Below are positions 9,412 through 19,309 of a stretch of 64,000 bases of DNA, piece after piece. The position numbers and the translations under genes were made by a program. The stretch's first letter is position 1, and each line of letters opens with the position of its first letter. Where the stretch lies: contig OY970067.1 in NCBI GenBank assembly GCA_963705305.1, forward strand, positions 992,001-1,056,000, read 5' to 3'. The notes below the pieces were generated by a model. It made no database searches, was not told the origin of the DNA, and was given only the letters and a program-made list of their open reading frames with translations. The DNA comes from an uncultured Methylomirabilota bacterium (GTDB lineage: Bacteria > Methylomirabilota > Methylomirabilia > Methylomirabilales > 2-02-FULL-66-22).

Positions 9412-10431
9412 TTACTTTTTTATGATTTCCAGGGCCTCGTTGACCTCGGACCGGGAGAAATAGCCGTCCGTGATGTAATGCTCCCACACGGGCTTCACCT
9501 TCTCAACGAAAAGCTTGTGGTTCTCCGGCGATATGGAATTGGTCTGGAGCTTCTGGCTCAGGAACTTGAAATAATCCTTTTCGGAATCCAGCCAGATCTG
9601 GTCGCTGTACGCCATGGCCGCCTTGGCGGTCTCGGTGAAGACCGCCTTGAGATCGTTGGGCAGGCTCTCGAACCAGGCCAGGCTGACGAACATCGGATCG
9701 GGGTGGATCTGGTAGTTCACCTCCGTGAGGTACTTCTGCACTTCGTAGAATTTCATCTCCGCGATGTTCGAGCAGGGATTCTCCTCGCCGTCCACGACAT
9801 TCGTCTTCAAGGCCATGTAGGTCTCGGTATAGGGCACCTGCTGGGGGCTGGCTCCGAGTGCGGTCATGGTCCGGATGATGGAGTCGATGGGTGGGGTCCG
9901 CATCTTCAGGCCCTTCATGTCTTCCGGCGAGGTGACGGGACGGACATTGTTGGTGAATTGGCGGAATCCGCCAGCCACTCCTGTGGCCGGAACATAGAAT
10001 CCGTTGGCCCGGGCGCCGGCATTGATCTGGTCCCCGAAGCTGCTCCGGATAAGCTTCTTGGCCTGCTCAACATTGGAAAAGAGGAACGGCAGGGTGTAGA
10101 GCAGGAACTTCTTGTTCGCCCGCTCGAAGAGGGCGCCGCGAGTGCCCTGGAGAGTCCCCACTTTCACCATGTCCATCAATTCGGACTCTTTTCCCAGGAC
10201 TCCACCCGCGTATAACTCAACCTTGATCTGCCCGTGGGAGGCCGCCTCCAGCTTTTCCTTGAAGAATTCCATCGACTTTTGTCGAGGGTGGGTCGCCGGT
10301 TGCGCATGGGCGAACTTGAAAGTGAACGTCGCCGCCGACACGGGCGTCTCGAGAGGGGTCCAGCCGATCAGCCCGACGGCGACGGCCAGAACGAACAGGA
10401 TTGCCGGCCGAAATCCCCTTTTCACTCTCAT
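9412..10431 (-). CDS. dctP: TRAP substrate-binding protein
   Basis: Signal peptide; DMKGLKMR and VVDGEENP motifs. Confidence 0.93.
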   Translation of the reverse strand: MRVKRGFRPAILFVLAVAVGLIGWTPLETPVSAATFTFKFAHAQPATHPRQKSMEFFKEKLEAASHGQIKVELYAGGVLGKESELMDMVKVGTLQGTRGALFERANKKFLLYTLPFLFSNVEQAKKLIRSSFGDQINAGARANGFYVPATGVAGGFRQFTNNVRPVTSPEDMKGLKMRTPPIDSIIRTMTALGASPQQVPYTETYMALKTNVVDGEENPCSNIAEMKFYEVQKYLTEVNYQIHPDPMFVSLAWFESLPNDLKAVFTETAKAAMAYSDQIWLDSEKDYFKFLSQKLQTNSISPENHKLFVEKVKPVWEHYITDGYFSRSEVNEALEIIKK

Positions 10432-10525
10432 TGCGGTTCCCCCTTTCCTTGACTGTCACTCATTGCAGAATTGCGCTCCGAACGAGATAGGCCAACGAGA
10501 CGGCGAGGTCGCCTCCCGGCGCGAC

Positions 10526-10972
10526 TCAATCGTAGGCCAGCCGCGTAGCCTCGTCGCACAGCGTGGGCTCGAGGAGCGGCTGCCACTCCGCCGCGCTCCA
10601 CGTCTTCAGCTCCATGTGGGTCCGGTAATATTTCTGCGGAATGGGGTGCGTCCCCACCACCACGGGCAGGCCGTATTTCGATTCGATGAATGCCTTGAAG
10701 CTCGGAAGATACGGGCATGGCGGATAGCCCACGACGAGGCCCGTGGCCAGATGGATGACCGTGGCCCCGTTCTTTACCATCTCTTCGGGCGCGTACTCAA
10801 TATTGCCGCCGGGGCACCCGGCGCAAGTGGTGTACCCTACCAGCTGGACGTCGCGCCCCCGGTAGCGGCCGAACGCCCCCTCCCGGTTGTGCAGCGCCCG
10901 GAGGCACTTTCCTCCCGCACAGGTGCGATAGCGGTCGCAGATGACAATTCCGATCCGGACTGGCTCCTGCAT
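10526..10972 (-). CDS. CGGC-domain putative metal-binding protein
   Basis: IVICDRYRTCAGGKC, TTCAGCPG, YPPCP and VVGTHP. Confidence 0.85.
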   Translation of the reverse strand: MQEPVRIGIVICDRYRTCAGGKCLRALHNREGAFGRYRGRDVQLVGYTTCAGCPGGNIEYAPEEMVKNGATVIHLATGLVVGYPPCPYLPSFKAFIESKYGLPVVVGTHPIPQKYYRTHMELKTWSAAEWQPLLEPTLCDEATRLAYD

Positions 10973-11162
10973 GGCGTCCCTTTCATCGGCGGCGGGACCT
11001 CCGCCGTCCCACCAGATTCATTGACACCGCCACACCTGTCGGTGGTCCGCTAGCAACAAGGCATCACCACGAGTCTGGCATGGCCGCGGGCGCGGCTGGG
11101 GCGTTCATGAACAATCAGACTCCGCGAACGGGCACCTCGAGGCGGCCGGTTCCGGCCGACGC

Positions 11163-12059
11163 TTACCCCGTGACCCCCAGCAACGTTCGAATGCGCCCCC
11201 AAACTTCGCGAATCGCGCGCGCCGCCTCACCACCGCCATTCAACTCCACCACGCTCCGCCGCTGCTCCTGGGCATCCAGGAATTCCGGGGCGTAGGGGAT
11301 CCGCCCCACGAACGGGACACCGCGCTCCCGGCACCAGTCCTCGATCGCCCTCCCCACTTCCTCGTTGAGGTCCGCCTTGTTGAGGCAGACCGCCAGGGGA
11401 ACCGTAAAATGCGCAGCCAGAGCGGCCAGGCGTTTGAGATCCTCCCGGCCGGCGCAGGTCGGCTCCGTCACGGCCAGGGCCAGGTCCGCTCCCCCCAGCG
11501 AGGCGATGACCGGACAGCCGACGCCTGGAGGGCCGTCCAGCAATACCAGTGGAAACTCCCGCGCTGCTGCCACGTTCCTGGCCTCGTTCCGGACCAGCGT
11601 CACCAGCTTCCCCGAGTTCTCGCCGCCGGGCGCGAGCCGGGCATGCACCATGGGCCCGTGGCGTGTCTCGGACAGGTACCACTCGCCGCTCCGAACCGGC
11701 TCGATCTCGATCGCCTGCTGCGGACAGACGTGGCGGCAGACCCCGCAGCCTTCGCAGGCCAGGGGATCCACCCGGTACACCCGCCTCTTCGGCGCCCTCT
11801 CGCTGCAACGGATGGCGTCGAACCGGCACGCCTCGGCGCAGATCCCGCAGGCCATGCATCGATCCGGGAGGATCCGCGCCTTGTGCCCTCCCCAGAACTC
11901 CTCCCGGCGGATACCCTTCGGCTCCACCACCAGAGGGAGATTTGACGCGTCCACATCCCCATCGGCCAGGGCTGTCTCGCCGGCCAGCGCCGCCAGGGCG
12001 GCCACCAGGCTGGTTTTCCCGGTCCCGCCCTTTCCGCTCAGCACGACCAGTTCCTTCAT
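11163..12059 (-). CDS. MinD-superfamily P-loop ATPase with inserted 2x[4Fe-4S] domain
   Basis: SGKGGTGKT; CMACGICAEAC and CEGCGVCRHVCP; DGPPGVGCP. Confidence 0.9.
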   Translation of the reverse strand: MKELVVLSGKGGTGKTSLVAALAALAGETALADGDVDASNLPLVVEPKGIRREEFWGGHKARILPDRCMACGICAEACRFDAIRCSERAPKRRVYRVDPLACEGCGVCRHVCPQQAIEIEPVRSGEWYLSETRHGPMVHARLAPGGENSGKLVTLVRNEARNVAAAREFPLVLLDGPPGVGCPVIASLGGADLALAVTEPTCAGREDLKRLAALAAHFTVPLAVCLNKADLNEEVGRAIEDWCRERGVPFVGRIPYAPEFLDAQEQRRSVVELNGGGEAARAIREVWGRIRTLLGVTG

Positions 12060-12904
12060 GCCGGGACCCAGCAATCAATCGCGGCCAGGAGCTGCCGCAT
12101 CCGGGCGGCGTATTCGGGAAGCGACCGCATGGCCAGCTCACCCCGGGAATAGGCCTCCGCAACGCGTCGGTCCTCGGGAATCTCCAGCGCGATCGAAATC
12201 CCCTGCTCTCGACAGTAGCGGCGCACGGCATTTCCACCCCGCCCCGTCCGGTTGAGGACGACGGCATGCCGGAGGCCCATATCACGGATGGCCTCCACGG
12301 CCAGCGTGAGATCGTGCAGGCCAAAGGGGGTCGGCTCGGTCACCAGGAGGACCAGATCGGCGTCCCGGACCGCCTCCACCATGGGGCAGGCAGTCCCCGG
12401 CGGCGCATCGAGGATGGCCAGTCCCGTATCTGGCATCCGGGCCTTCACCGCCTGGATCACGGGCGGGGCGCTGGGTTGGCCCACCCGCAGCCGCCCCTGG
12501 ACGAAGTGGACCCTGCCTGCCTGCCCTTCCTCGACCTCGCCGATCTCTTGGGGGATCTCCCCGATGGCCTTCTCGGGGCACACCAGCCGGCACCCCCCGC
12601 ACCCATGGCACAACTCGGGAAAGGTGAGCACGGCCTTCCCCAGGCAGACGATCGCATGGAACTGGCAGAACTCGCCGCAGCGCCCGCAGTGCGTGCACCG
12701 ACTCTCGTCCACAACGGGGCGGCTGACCGTCACCGCGTCCCGGCGACTGATGGCGGGGTGCAGGAACAGGTGCGCGTTCGGTGCCTCCACATCACAGTCG
12801 AGACACGTCACCGCCTGCCCAGACTCGGCGGCGGTGATGGCCAGATTGGTGGCGACGATGGTCTTGCCCGTCCCGCCCTTGCCGCTGGCCACGGCGATCC
12901 GCAT
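12056..12904 (-). CDS. MinD-superfamily P-loop ATPase with inserted 2x[4Fe-4S] domain (partner)
   Basis: ASGKGGTGKT; CTHCGRCGEFC and CHGCGGCRLVCP; EPTPFGLHDL. Confidence 0.9.
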   Translation of the reverse strand: MRIAVASGKGGTGKTIVATNLAITAAESGQAVTCLDCDVEAPNAHLFLHPAISRRDAVTVSRPVVDESRCTHCGRCGEFCQFHAIVCLGKAVLTFPELCHGCGGCRLVCPEKAIGEIPQEIGEVEEGQAGRVHFVQGRLRVGQPSAPPVIQAVKARMPDTGLAILDAPPGTACPMVEAVRDADLVLLVTEPTPFGLHDLTLAVEAIRDMGLRHAVVLNRTGRGGNAVRRYCREQGISIALEIPEDRRVAEAYSRGELAMRSLPEYAARMRQLLAAIDCWVPA

Positions 12905-13017
12905 GACTCCGTTCCGCTCGCGCACCCTGGATGCCTTTCGGACCGTGCTCCGCTTCCTGGCCCTGCCTGGCTCCGACGAGAGTCGTCCCGGCCCGGCGCC
13001 GCTTGCATCGTCGCAGG

Positions 13018-13734
13018 CTACTGCTCCATGGACGGCTTCCAGACCTTCCACACGTTGCCGACCAGATCCGGACCGGGCGTCAAGGTCGGCTGCCCAGGCA
13101 CCCAGCCGGCCGGCGTGGCCTCCTTGCCGGCCGACGCCCGCACACGCTGGTAGGCCTGGACCTGTCGAACCGTCTCGGCGAACTTCCGGCCCACGGGTGG
13201 CGTCAAAAGCTCCATGGCCTGGATGACGCCGTCCGGATCGATGATGAATCGGCCCCTGAGCTCGATCCCCTGGGCCTCGTCATAGACCCCGTACGCCCGT
13301 CCCACATTGCCGGCCTGATCCGAGGCCATGTGGAAGGGAATGCCGCCCTCCACCATCTTCACGAGCTCGTGATCGTTCCACATCTTGTGGACGAAGTGGC
13401 TGTCCACGCTGACGGAGATCACCTCCACGCCCAGTTTTTGCAGCTCGGCGTACTTGTCGGCGACCGCCGACACTTCCGTCGCTCAGACGAAGGTGAAGTC
13501 CCCAGGGTAGAAGCACACCAGAACCCACTTGCCCAGATAATCGGAGAGCTTGACAGCTGTGAAGCCGCCTCGGTAGTACGCCGGGGCGGTGAACTCGGGG
13601 GCTTTCTGTCCGACGCGCGCGGCCACGGTTGCCTCCTTCTTCTCGCTGTGGGTTTCAGTAGGATGCGCGTCCCCGGCCTCCTGGCCGGCGATCGTTCCGG
13701 TCACACGGGCACAGCCTTGCGGTTGTTCCGCCAT
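13018..13734 (-). CDS. prxU: Selenocysteine-containing peroxiredoxin (in-frame UGA at 13485-13483)
   Basis: Two track ORFs share a frame and join as [19 protein letters not shown], with UGA at the peroxidatic Cys position. SECIS-like hairpin at 13455-13472. Confidence 0.9.
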
Positions 13735-13770
13735 ACGACCTCCTTTCCGGAGCGGATGCTCCGCGCCGCC

Positions 13771-15123
13771 CTATGGCCGATCAGCCGGCGAGCCGGCACT
13801 CGCCTGGATGTTCGGCTCGGTCTCCGTCGCCCCTGTCCTCCGCGGCTCCTCGCTCTCGCCGAGCCGGGCGATGATCGTGCGCATGATGACCGCCGTCGGG
13901 GAATCAGCGTAAGAGGCGACGAACGCCCGTCCTTCGTCGCAGGCCTCGGCGATCCTCGGGTCCATGGGAATGGAACCGAGAAACGGGACCTGCATATCCA
14001 GGGCGATTTGCTGCCCGCCGCCGGACCGTAACACGGGCGTGACCTCGCCGCAGCGCGGGCAGGTGAATCCGCTCATATTCTCCACAACGCCCAGCACCGG
14101 GACCCCGACCTGCCGGCAGAAGGAGATGGCCTTCCGCACGTCCACGGCCGCTACCCGCTGTGGGGTGGTGACCACCACCGCGCCGTCCACCCTGCCCAGC
14201 AGTTGGCAGACGGACAGCGGCTCGTCGCCGGTGCCCGGCGGGGAGTCGACCACCAGGTCGTCGAGATCTCCCCAGGCCACGTCCTGGAGGAACTGCTTGA
14301 TGGCCTTCATCTTCATGGGTCCCCGCCAGATCACGGCTTCGTCGGGGTTGCGCAGGAAGAAGCCGAGCGAGAACACCTTCAGCCCTCCCGCCTCCACGGG
14401 CAGGAGCTCCTCCCCCACCGCCTGGACGCTGGCCCCCTCCAAACCGAGCATGGTGGGCACGCTGGGTCCGTGGATGTCCACGTCCAGCAAGCCGACTTTT
14501 CTGCCGGACAGCATCAGGGCCACGGCCAGGTTGACCGCCACCGTGCTCTTGCCGACGCCTCCTTTACCCGAGAGCACCAGGATCTTTCGGTGGATTCGGC
14601 AGAGTCGCGCCTGAAGCCGCCGGCGCTCCTCGAACTCTTCCCTGCTTTCGTTGGCCAGCCGCTGGTGTGCCGGGCACGCCGCATCGCTGCAGGTGTCGCA
14701 AGCCTGCCGGCCTTCAGAAGCTCCCATCTGCTCCCCTTTCGTCGCGCGCCGGACGAAATCCTCGCAGGCAGCCTTCAACGTATTGGCCGCCAGCAGGGCG
14801 CAATGCTCGACGTCCGGCGGAAGCCCGCCGAGGGCGTCCAGGATTTCGGGCTGGCCGATTGCAGCCACGCGATCAACGCTCTGGCCCTCTGCCAGACAGG
14901 TGGCCATGCTGCCGCATGCGTGCGACGGCCCGCAGCCGTCGGTCACAAACGCAGCCTTCTCAACCTTCCCTCCGCGGACCACCAGCCAGAACTCCATCGT
15001 ATCCCCGCAGGGTCCGGTGATCCTGGCATGGCCGTCAAACGCGGCCAGCGGGCTATTGTTTCGCGGGTACTGTGCATGCTCGATCAGCGCCGGCGAGATA
15101 GCCGGCGCACCCTGACCCTCCAA
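13771..15123 (-). CDS. NifU_N (IscU-like) domain fused to Mrp/NBP35 (ApbC) Fe-S carrier ATPase
   Basis: TTG start with GGAGG RBS. IscU Cys in GPCGD, GCG and HCA; Mrp motifs SGKGGVGKS, DSPPGTGD and ENMSGFTCPRC. Confidence 0.87.
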   Translation of the reverse strand: MEGQGAPAISPALIEHAQYPRNNSPLAAFDGHARITGPCGDTMEFWLVVRGGKVEKAAFVTDGCGPSHACGSMATCLAEGQSVDRVAAIGQPEILDALGGLPPDVEHCALLAANTLKAACEDFVRRATKGEQMGASEGRQACDTCSDAACPAHQRLANESREEFEERRRLQARLCRIHRKILVLSGKGGVGKSTVAVNLAVALMLSGRKVGLLDVDIHGPSVPTMLGLEGASVQAVGEELLPVEAGGLKVFSLGFFLRNPDEAVIWRGPMKMKAIKQFLQDVAWGDLDDLVVDSPPGTGDEPLSVCQLLGRVDGAVVVTTPQRVAAVDVRKAISFCRQVGVPVLGVVENMSGFTCPRCGEVTPVLRSGGGQQIALDMQVPFLGSIPMDPRIAEACDEGRAFVASYADSPTAVIMRTIIARLGESEEPRRTGATETEPNIQASAGSPADRP

Positions 15124-15173
15124 GGCTGTCCTCCATTCCCCCCTGTTCTTACCGATGAATCCCGGGCCCGGCG

Positions 15174-16121
15174 TTATGTCTTCACCGCCTCGTAGAAGAC
15201 GGCCCCCTCTTTCCGCAAAGGGGCCACTTTCCCCTGCCTGCTGAGCGCATCCAGTCGCTTGGCGACCTCTCCGATGTGGAGCCCGAGCCCCTCCGAAACG
15301 CCCCAGGCCGTGCAGGGCCGGCGCTGCAGGAGCGCCAGGATGTCGAGGTCCGTCGCGGCTCCGGAGGGTGCGATTTCTGAGGCCCCGGCTCGTTCCTCGC
15401 CGATGACCTCTGCACGTCCGGTGAACAGTCTCGTGAAGGCCGCCATCCGCTCCGGGGGAACCGCGGCGGCGAACGCCTCGCAGGGCGGACGCGTGACCGT
15501 GTTGAGCTGCAGCCGGTCGGGGTGGATCCGCGCGGCGATAGCAGCGATCTTCTCGACCTCGGGCTGGATCCCCGTGATGCCAGCCAGTAGCATGACCTCC
15601 AGCCATATCGGCTTGGCGAAACGGCTGCGGAATGCGGTCAAGCCCTCCACCACCCGGTCGAACCCGATCTCCTCGTGGGGGCGGTTGACCAACCGGAACA
15701 GCGCCGCATCGCCGGCGTCCAGCGAGGGAAGGACCAGGTCGGCCTCCAGCAGCGCGTCCTGGACGTCGCTCATCCAGAGGAGCGCGCCGTTGGTCAGGAC
15801 CGCCACCGGGGCGCGCGTCAGGGACTTGATCCCTGCGATCAGGTCGCCTATCCGGGCGTTGAGGGTCGGCTCTCCCGATCCTGCCAGGCTCACGTAGTCC
15901 GGCAGCGGCCCCGTTCGCAGCCTGGATGCCAGCTGGCCCAGAATGTCGTCCACGGGCACGTACTCGCGCCGCTGGATCGTCTTGTTGGTGGTCCGGCCCA
16001 GCTGGCAGTAGACGCAGTCGTAGGTGCACGTTTTGAATGGCACCAGATCCACGCCCAGCGAGCGGCCCAAGCGCTTGGAGGGAACCGGCCCATAGACGTA
16101 CTGGCGCTCACCGCCGGTCAA
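15174..16121 (-). CDS. Radical SAM protein (TYW1-like family)
   Basis: YVYGPVPSKRLGRSLG, CTYDCVYC and GEPTL; TTG start overlaps the upstream stop. Confidence 0.88.
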   Translation of the reverse strand: MTGGERQYVYGPVPSKRLGRSLGVDLVPFKTCTYDCVYCQLGRTTNKTIQRREYVPVDDILGQLASRLRTGPLPDYVSLAGSGEPTLNARIGDLIAGIKSLTRAPVAVLTNGALLWMSDVQDALLEADLVLPSLDAGDAALFRLVNRPHEEIGFDRVVEGLTAFRSRFAKPIWLEVMLLAGITGIQPEVEKIAAIAARIHPDRLQLNTVTRPPCEAFAAAVPPERMAAFTRLFTGRAEVIGEERAGASEIAPSGAATDLDILALLQRRPCTAWGVSEGLGLHIGEVAKRLDALSRQGKVAPLRKEGAVFYEAVKT

Positions 16122-16384
16122 GGCTCCTCCCCGCACGGCGGCCGGTGGCACCGCTCCTGGCGCCCGCAGCAGGTCACGCCTTCCCGCTCCCTGGCACAGC
16201 CACCCCCGCGCGGCCCTCCCCCGCCCCGGCCGGCCTCCTTGAGAATGAATCCGGCCCCGCCGCTGAGCAGGCGCTGCACCTCGCCGTGGCAGTCCGGACA
16301 CTCTGCAAGCGGGGCCACCGTGATGGCCTGCCGGCGCTCGAACCGGCGGCCGCAGGCCGTGCACTCGTACTCGTACGTCGGCAT
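16118..16384 (-). CDS. FmdB-family zinc ribbon protein with Cys-rich tail
   Basis: MPTYEYECTACG...CPDCHG; tail CCG...C...PC. Confidence 0.85.
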   Translation of the reverse strand: MPTYEYECTACGRRFERRQAITVAPLAECPDCHGEVQRLLSGGAGFILKEAGRGGGGPRGGGCAREREGVTCCGRQERCHRPPCGEEP

Positions 16385-16428
16385 ATCTCGCCTCCGGCCC
16401 GCTCGCCTCTCCTCCATGGCATCCTGGA

Positions 16429-16650
16429 TCAGCGCTGGCGGGTCATGGTCGCCCCGCAGGCGGGGCAAGTCATCTGCAGGCAGGGAACCCCCTGCTGGTG
16501 GGGTGCAGTCTTCCCGCACTTGGGACAGACGCACCCACCGCCCGGTCCGGACGCGAAGCCGCCCTGTCGCCCGCGGCCGCCGCCGCGTCCCTTTCCTCGA
16601 CCCGTTCCCTGGCCTTGTCCCGTGGGTCCGGTTCCGTCTCCGCGTGGCAT
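16429..16650 (-). CDS. Small Gly-rich protein with a Cys4+ metal-binding C-terminus (DUF5320-like N-terminus)
   Basis: MPRGDGTGP; CVCPKCG..HQQGVPC...CPACG. Confidence 0.75.
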   Translation of the reverse strand: MPRGDGTGPTGQGQGTGRGKGRGGGRGRQGGFASGPGGGCVCPKCGKTAPHQQGVPCLQMTCPACGATMTRQR

Positions 16651-16743
16651 GTCTCTTTCCTCCTCTAACCGTTGGAGCGGTCGAGGCTTCTTCGACCGGA
16701 ACCGGAGGAGGCTCTGTGCCTCCCCCGGCCTGCCTCGATCCGG

Positions 16744-17127
16744 CTACTCTCTCTTGCTTTCGCCTTCCAGCTCCTGGATATGCTGCCGCAGCTCGTCCAG
16801 GGACTGCTGCAGGGCGGCCGCTTGGGCTTTCATTTCAGCCAGCTGCCCCTCTCTTGCGGCGCCGGCAGGCGCCGGAGCGGCACAGGGAGACGCGGGAGCT
16901 CCCCAGGCGGACTGCCCCCAGCCTGCCCGCATCCAGCCCGGCAGGCCCGTGGCATAGAACCAATGCCGCCACCCCCGGCCTCCGCCTCCCCATGCACCTC
17001 GCCCCCAGGCACCCCAGCTGCCCATCCGGTTCATGAATCCCGGCGCGCCGAATCCGGCGCAGAGGCCCGCCCCGCGCCCCGTCATGGGGCCCCAACCCAT
17101 CGGTCCAGTGCGATCTCCGCGTGGCAT
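16744..17127 (-). CDS. DUF5320-family protein
   Basis: MPRGDRTGPMGWGPMTGRGAGLC, YATGLPGW and a C-terminal coiled coil. Confidence 0.85.
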   Translation of the reverse strand: MPRGDRTGPMGWGPMTGRGAGLCAGFGAPGFMNRMGSWGAWGRGAWGGGGRGWRHWFYATGLPGWMRAGWGQSAWGAPASPCAAPAPAGAAREGQLAEMKAQAAALQQSLDELRQHIQELEGESKRE

Positions 17128-17215
17128 GTTCCTTCCCTCCTCTATGGTTCGGCGGTGTATGAGCGGAGGCCGTCCCGGCCTGTCGCACCCACCGGCAAGG
17201 TGAGCATCGACGCGC

Positions 17216-17578
17216 TCACCAGTGACCCTGAACGTCCGCCGTCTGGGCCTCGTGGAGGCTCCCCGCTTGAAACTGCCTCACCGCATCTCGAGCCGTCCCA
17301 CCGGTCAAGCCGGTGCACACCCGGATGCCGGCTGCCTGGAGGGCGCGGAAAGCGTTGGGGCCACAATGCCCGGTCAGGAGGACTTGAGCACCCCGATCCG
17401 CGATCCGTTTCGCCGCCTGAATGCCGGCGCCCTGGGGGGCATCAACCCCCGACGCATTGTCCAGGTACTCCGAGTCGTTGCTTTCGGTGTCCACGATCAG
17501 GAACCCGGGGGCACGACCAAAGCGCATCTCCACCGCGGCGTCGAGCTCCTCCCCTCGCACTGTCACTGCGACTTTCAC
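17216..17578 (-). CDS. NifB/NifX Orange-protein-like cluster-binding protein
   Basis: RFGRA, QGAGIQAA, TGHCGPNAF and DVQGHW. Confidence 0.88.
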   Translation of the reverse strand: MKVAVTVRGEELDAAVEMRFGRAPGFLIVDTESNDSEYLDNASGVDAPQGAGIQAAKRIADRGAQVLLTGHCGPNAFRALQAAGIRVCTGLTGGTARDAVRQFQAGSLHEAQTADVQGHW

Positions 17579-18003
17579 TGCACTCCTCCTCGGGGCCCCC
17601 TTCCCATCGGCCCGCGGGGTCCTCGCCGCCGCCGCCCGCCCTGCTGCGACCCCGGGGGCCCGCCCGCGCATCCGGGCATCAGCCAGCGCGGATCCGGCAG
17701 CCGCCCACCCAGGTAGGCGGTCAGAACTTCCTCGACCGACCCCGCCGTCCACGGGACCAGCCGGATTCCCGCGGCGGCCAGCATGGATGCCAGAGGGCGG
17801 GAGATTCCTCCGCAAATGAGGACGCTGACACCCAGTTCCTCCAATCGTCGCACTCGCCAGGCGGGGAAGCTTCCGGATAGCTCCTCCGACCGGCGACTAC
17901 GCTCGCCCCCCTGTTCGATGTCTACCACCAGCAGTTGTCCGGCGGTGTCGAACACGGGCGAGACCCGGCCGTTCCAGACTGGGATCGCAAGCCGCATCCT
18001 CAC
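17575..18003 (-). CDS. NifB/NifX-family protein
   Basis: RVSPVFDTA, LICGGIS and MPGC. Confidence 0.85.
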   Translation of the reverse strand: MRMRLAIPVWNGRVSPVFDTAGQLLVVDIEQGGERSRRSEELSGSFPAWRVRRLEELGVSVLICGGISRPLASMLAAAGIRLVPWTAGSVEEVLTAYLGGRLPDPRWLMPGCAGGPPGSQQGGRRRRGPRGPMGRGPRGGVQ

Positions 18004-18021
18004 CCTCCAACCGACAGCAAG

Positions 18022-18036
18022 GCACGAAGCATGCCA
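18022..18036 (-). promoter_or_regulatory. sigma54 -24/-12 promoter TGGCATGCTTCGTGC
   Basis: GG-N10-GC; AT-rich IHF-like tract at about 18060-18078. Confidence 0.72.
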
Positions 18037-18110
18037 CAGTGGTCAGTTCATCTCCATGCTTTTTTTATCGATAGTTAGCCAGCCGCGTGCCTCAGCGATT
18101 CCCCACGAGA

Positions 18111-18124
18111 TTGCAGATATGCAA
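18111..18124. promoter_or_regulatory. Putative enhancer palindrome TTGCA-N4-TGCAA
   Basis: ATTGCAgataTGCAAT upstream of the sigma54 site. Confidence 0.6.
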
Positions 18125-18287
18125 TCACAATCGACTGCTGACGATGCAGACTTGAACCCAGAGATTTCACCGCTAAGGGAGGACGAACCGGGGGATTAGG
18201 AGCTTCCAAAAGCTGGGCCGCCCTCAGGGCTCTCGCGGCGGCGGAGGCCGCATAGAGCCCGAGGGCGGGCTGAGGGGGACAGCGGAT

Positions 18288-18725
18288 TTAGACGAGCTCG
18301 ATCGAGACCGGAGTCATCTTTTGAAGGTTATCGGAGACCGGGCAGCGCCGGTCGATCTCTTCGAGAAACTGCTGCTTCTCCTCCCGCGAGAGATCGGCGT
18401 CGATGTCGACCTTCACTGTGATGCCCGTGAAGCCGGCTCGATTCTCCTGCGCCTTGCCCATCAGCGTGTTCGCATCCAGCGCCCCGGAGACAGTCACGCG
18501 CATTCCACGCAGGGCGATTCGCTTCTGGTTGGCCACGATCCTGCCGATGCTGCCCACGCATCCTCCCAGGGAGAGAAAGAGGTACTCCAGGGGGGTCGGT
18601 CCCGCGTCCTGCCCTCCCGCGGCGGCAGGCTGATCCACGAACAGCTTGTGTCCGCGGATCTGGCTCTCGATCGTGAAGCGTTCACCCAACTTGGCTTCGA
18701 CTTCCACTGTCTTCATGGCTGGCAT
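18288..18725 (-). CDS. OsmC-family protein
   Basis: DQP...GG.DAGPTPLEY..SLGGC and RCPVSD. Confidence 0.88.
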   Translation of the reverse strand: MPAMKTVEVEAKLGERFTIESQIRGHKLFVDQPAAAGGQDAGPTPLEYLFLSLGGCVGSIGRIVANQKRIALRGMRVTVSGALDANTLMGKAQENRAGFTGITVKVDIDADLSREEKQQFLEEIDRRCPVSDNLQKMTPVSIELV

Positions 18726-19309
18726 GGAGATCCTCCTTGTGAATTTTTGTGCATGACCGCGCACATAAAAACCTCGGAGGGAGACTCCCCCCCGAGGCTG
18801 CACGTATTTTACCCGACTCAGCCGCCCGCAGCACGCACGGAAGTCAGATTGTCTGTAGTTTCGCCCCTCTCGGACCGAAGGCTGCCGGCGCTCGCCGCCC
18901 GACTCGCAGCGGCCGGACGCTAGGCGATGGCGCCGCTCGTGGGGTCAACCACGAGCCTGACGCTCCTGAGGGGATCTTTAAGGCGCGGACGGGGAACCTA
19001 CCGGTCCTCCACTGACAAGAATGAGGAATAGGGGACGTTGCATTATCTGTCGAATCTCCTCGATCAGACCCACACGTGATCGCACGGAGCGGTGAGCTGA
19101 CTGTTAGCAAACCCTGCGATGGAGTGGGCGGTGGGAAGAGAGGCAATCCCCCTAGCAGGATGCGTTCGGCCTCCAGCGAGAGGGTTCGTCTTGACATCCA
19201 GGAACGGCCAAGTCCCGCGTTCAGGGATGTGGAGTCCTCCGGATCGGTAATGCTGAGCGGTTCGCGTTAGTCAACCTAGTCAAAGACGTCCCCTCCTACG
19301 GCTCGTCGG

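Noticed and set aside
13771..16029. 752-aa ORF as called by the track
   Set aside because: Its first ~300 aa overlap the radical SAM gene in another frame. The real start is likely TTG 15123 with a GGAGG RBS.
6873..18003. Nitrogen fixation cluster, suggested by NifB/NifX, NifU and nifJ names
   Set aside because: There is no nifHDK or nifEN. These domains belong to the orp-like Fe-S cluster and to PFOR.
18920..18970. Fluoride riboswitch-like GGCGATGG start
   Set aside because: It is on the wrong strand for the adjacent genes and lacks the GTTCGCC and TAATGAC pseudoknot elements.
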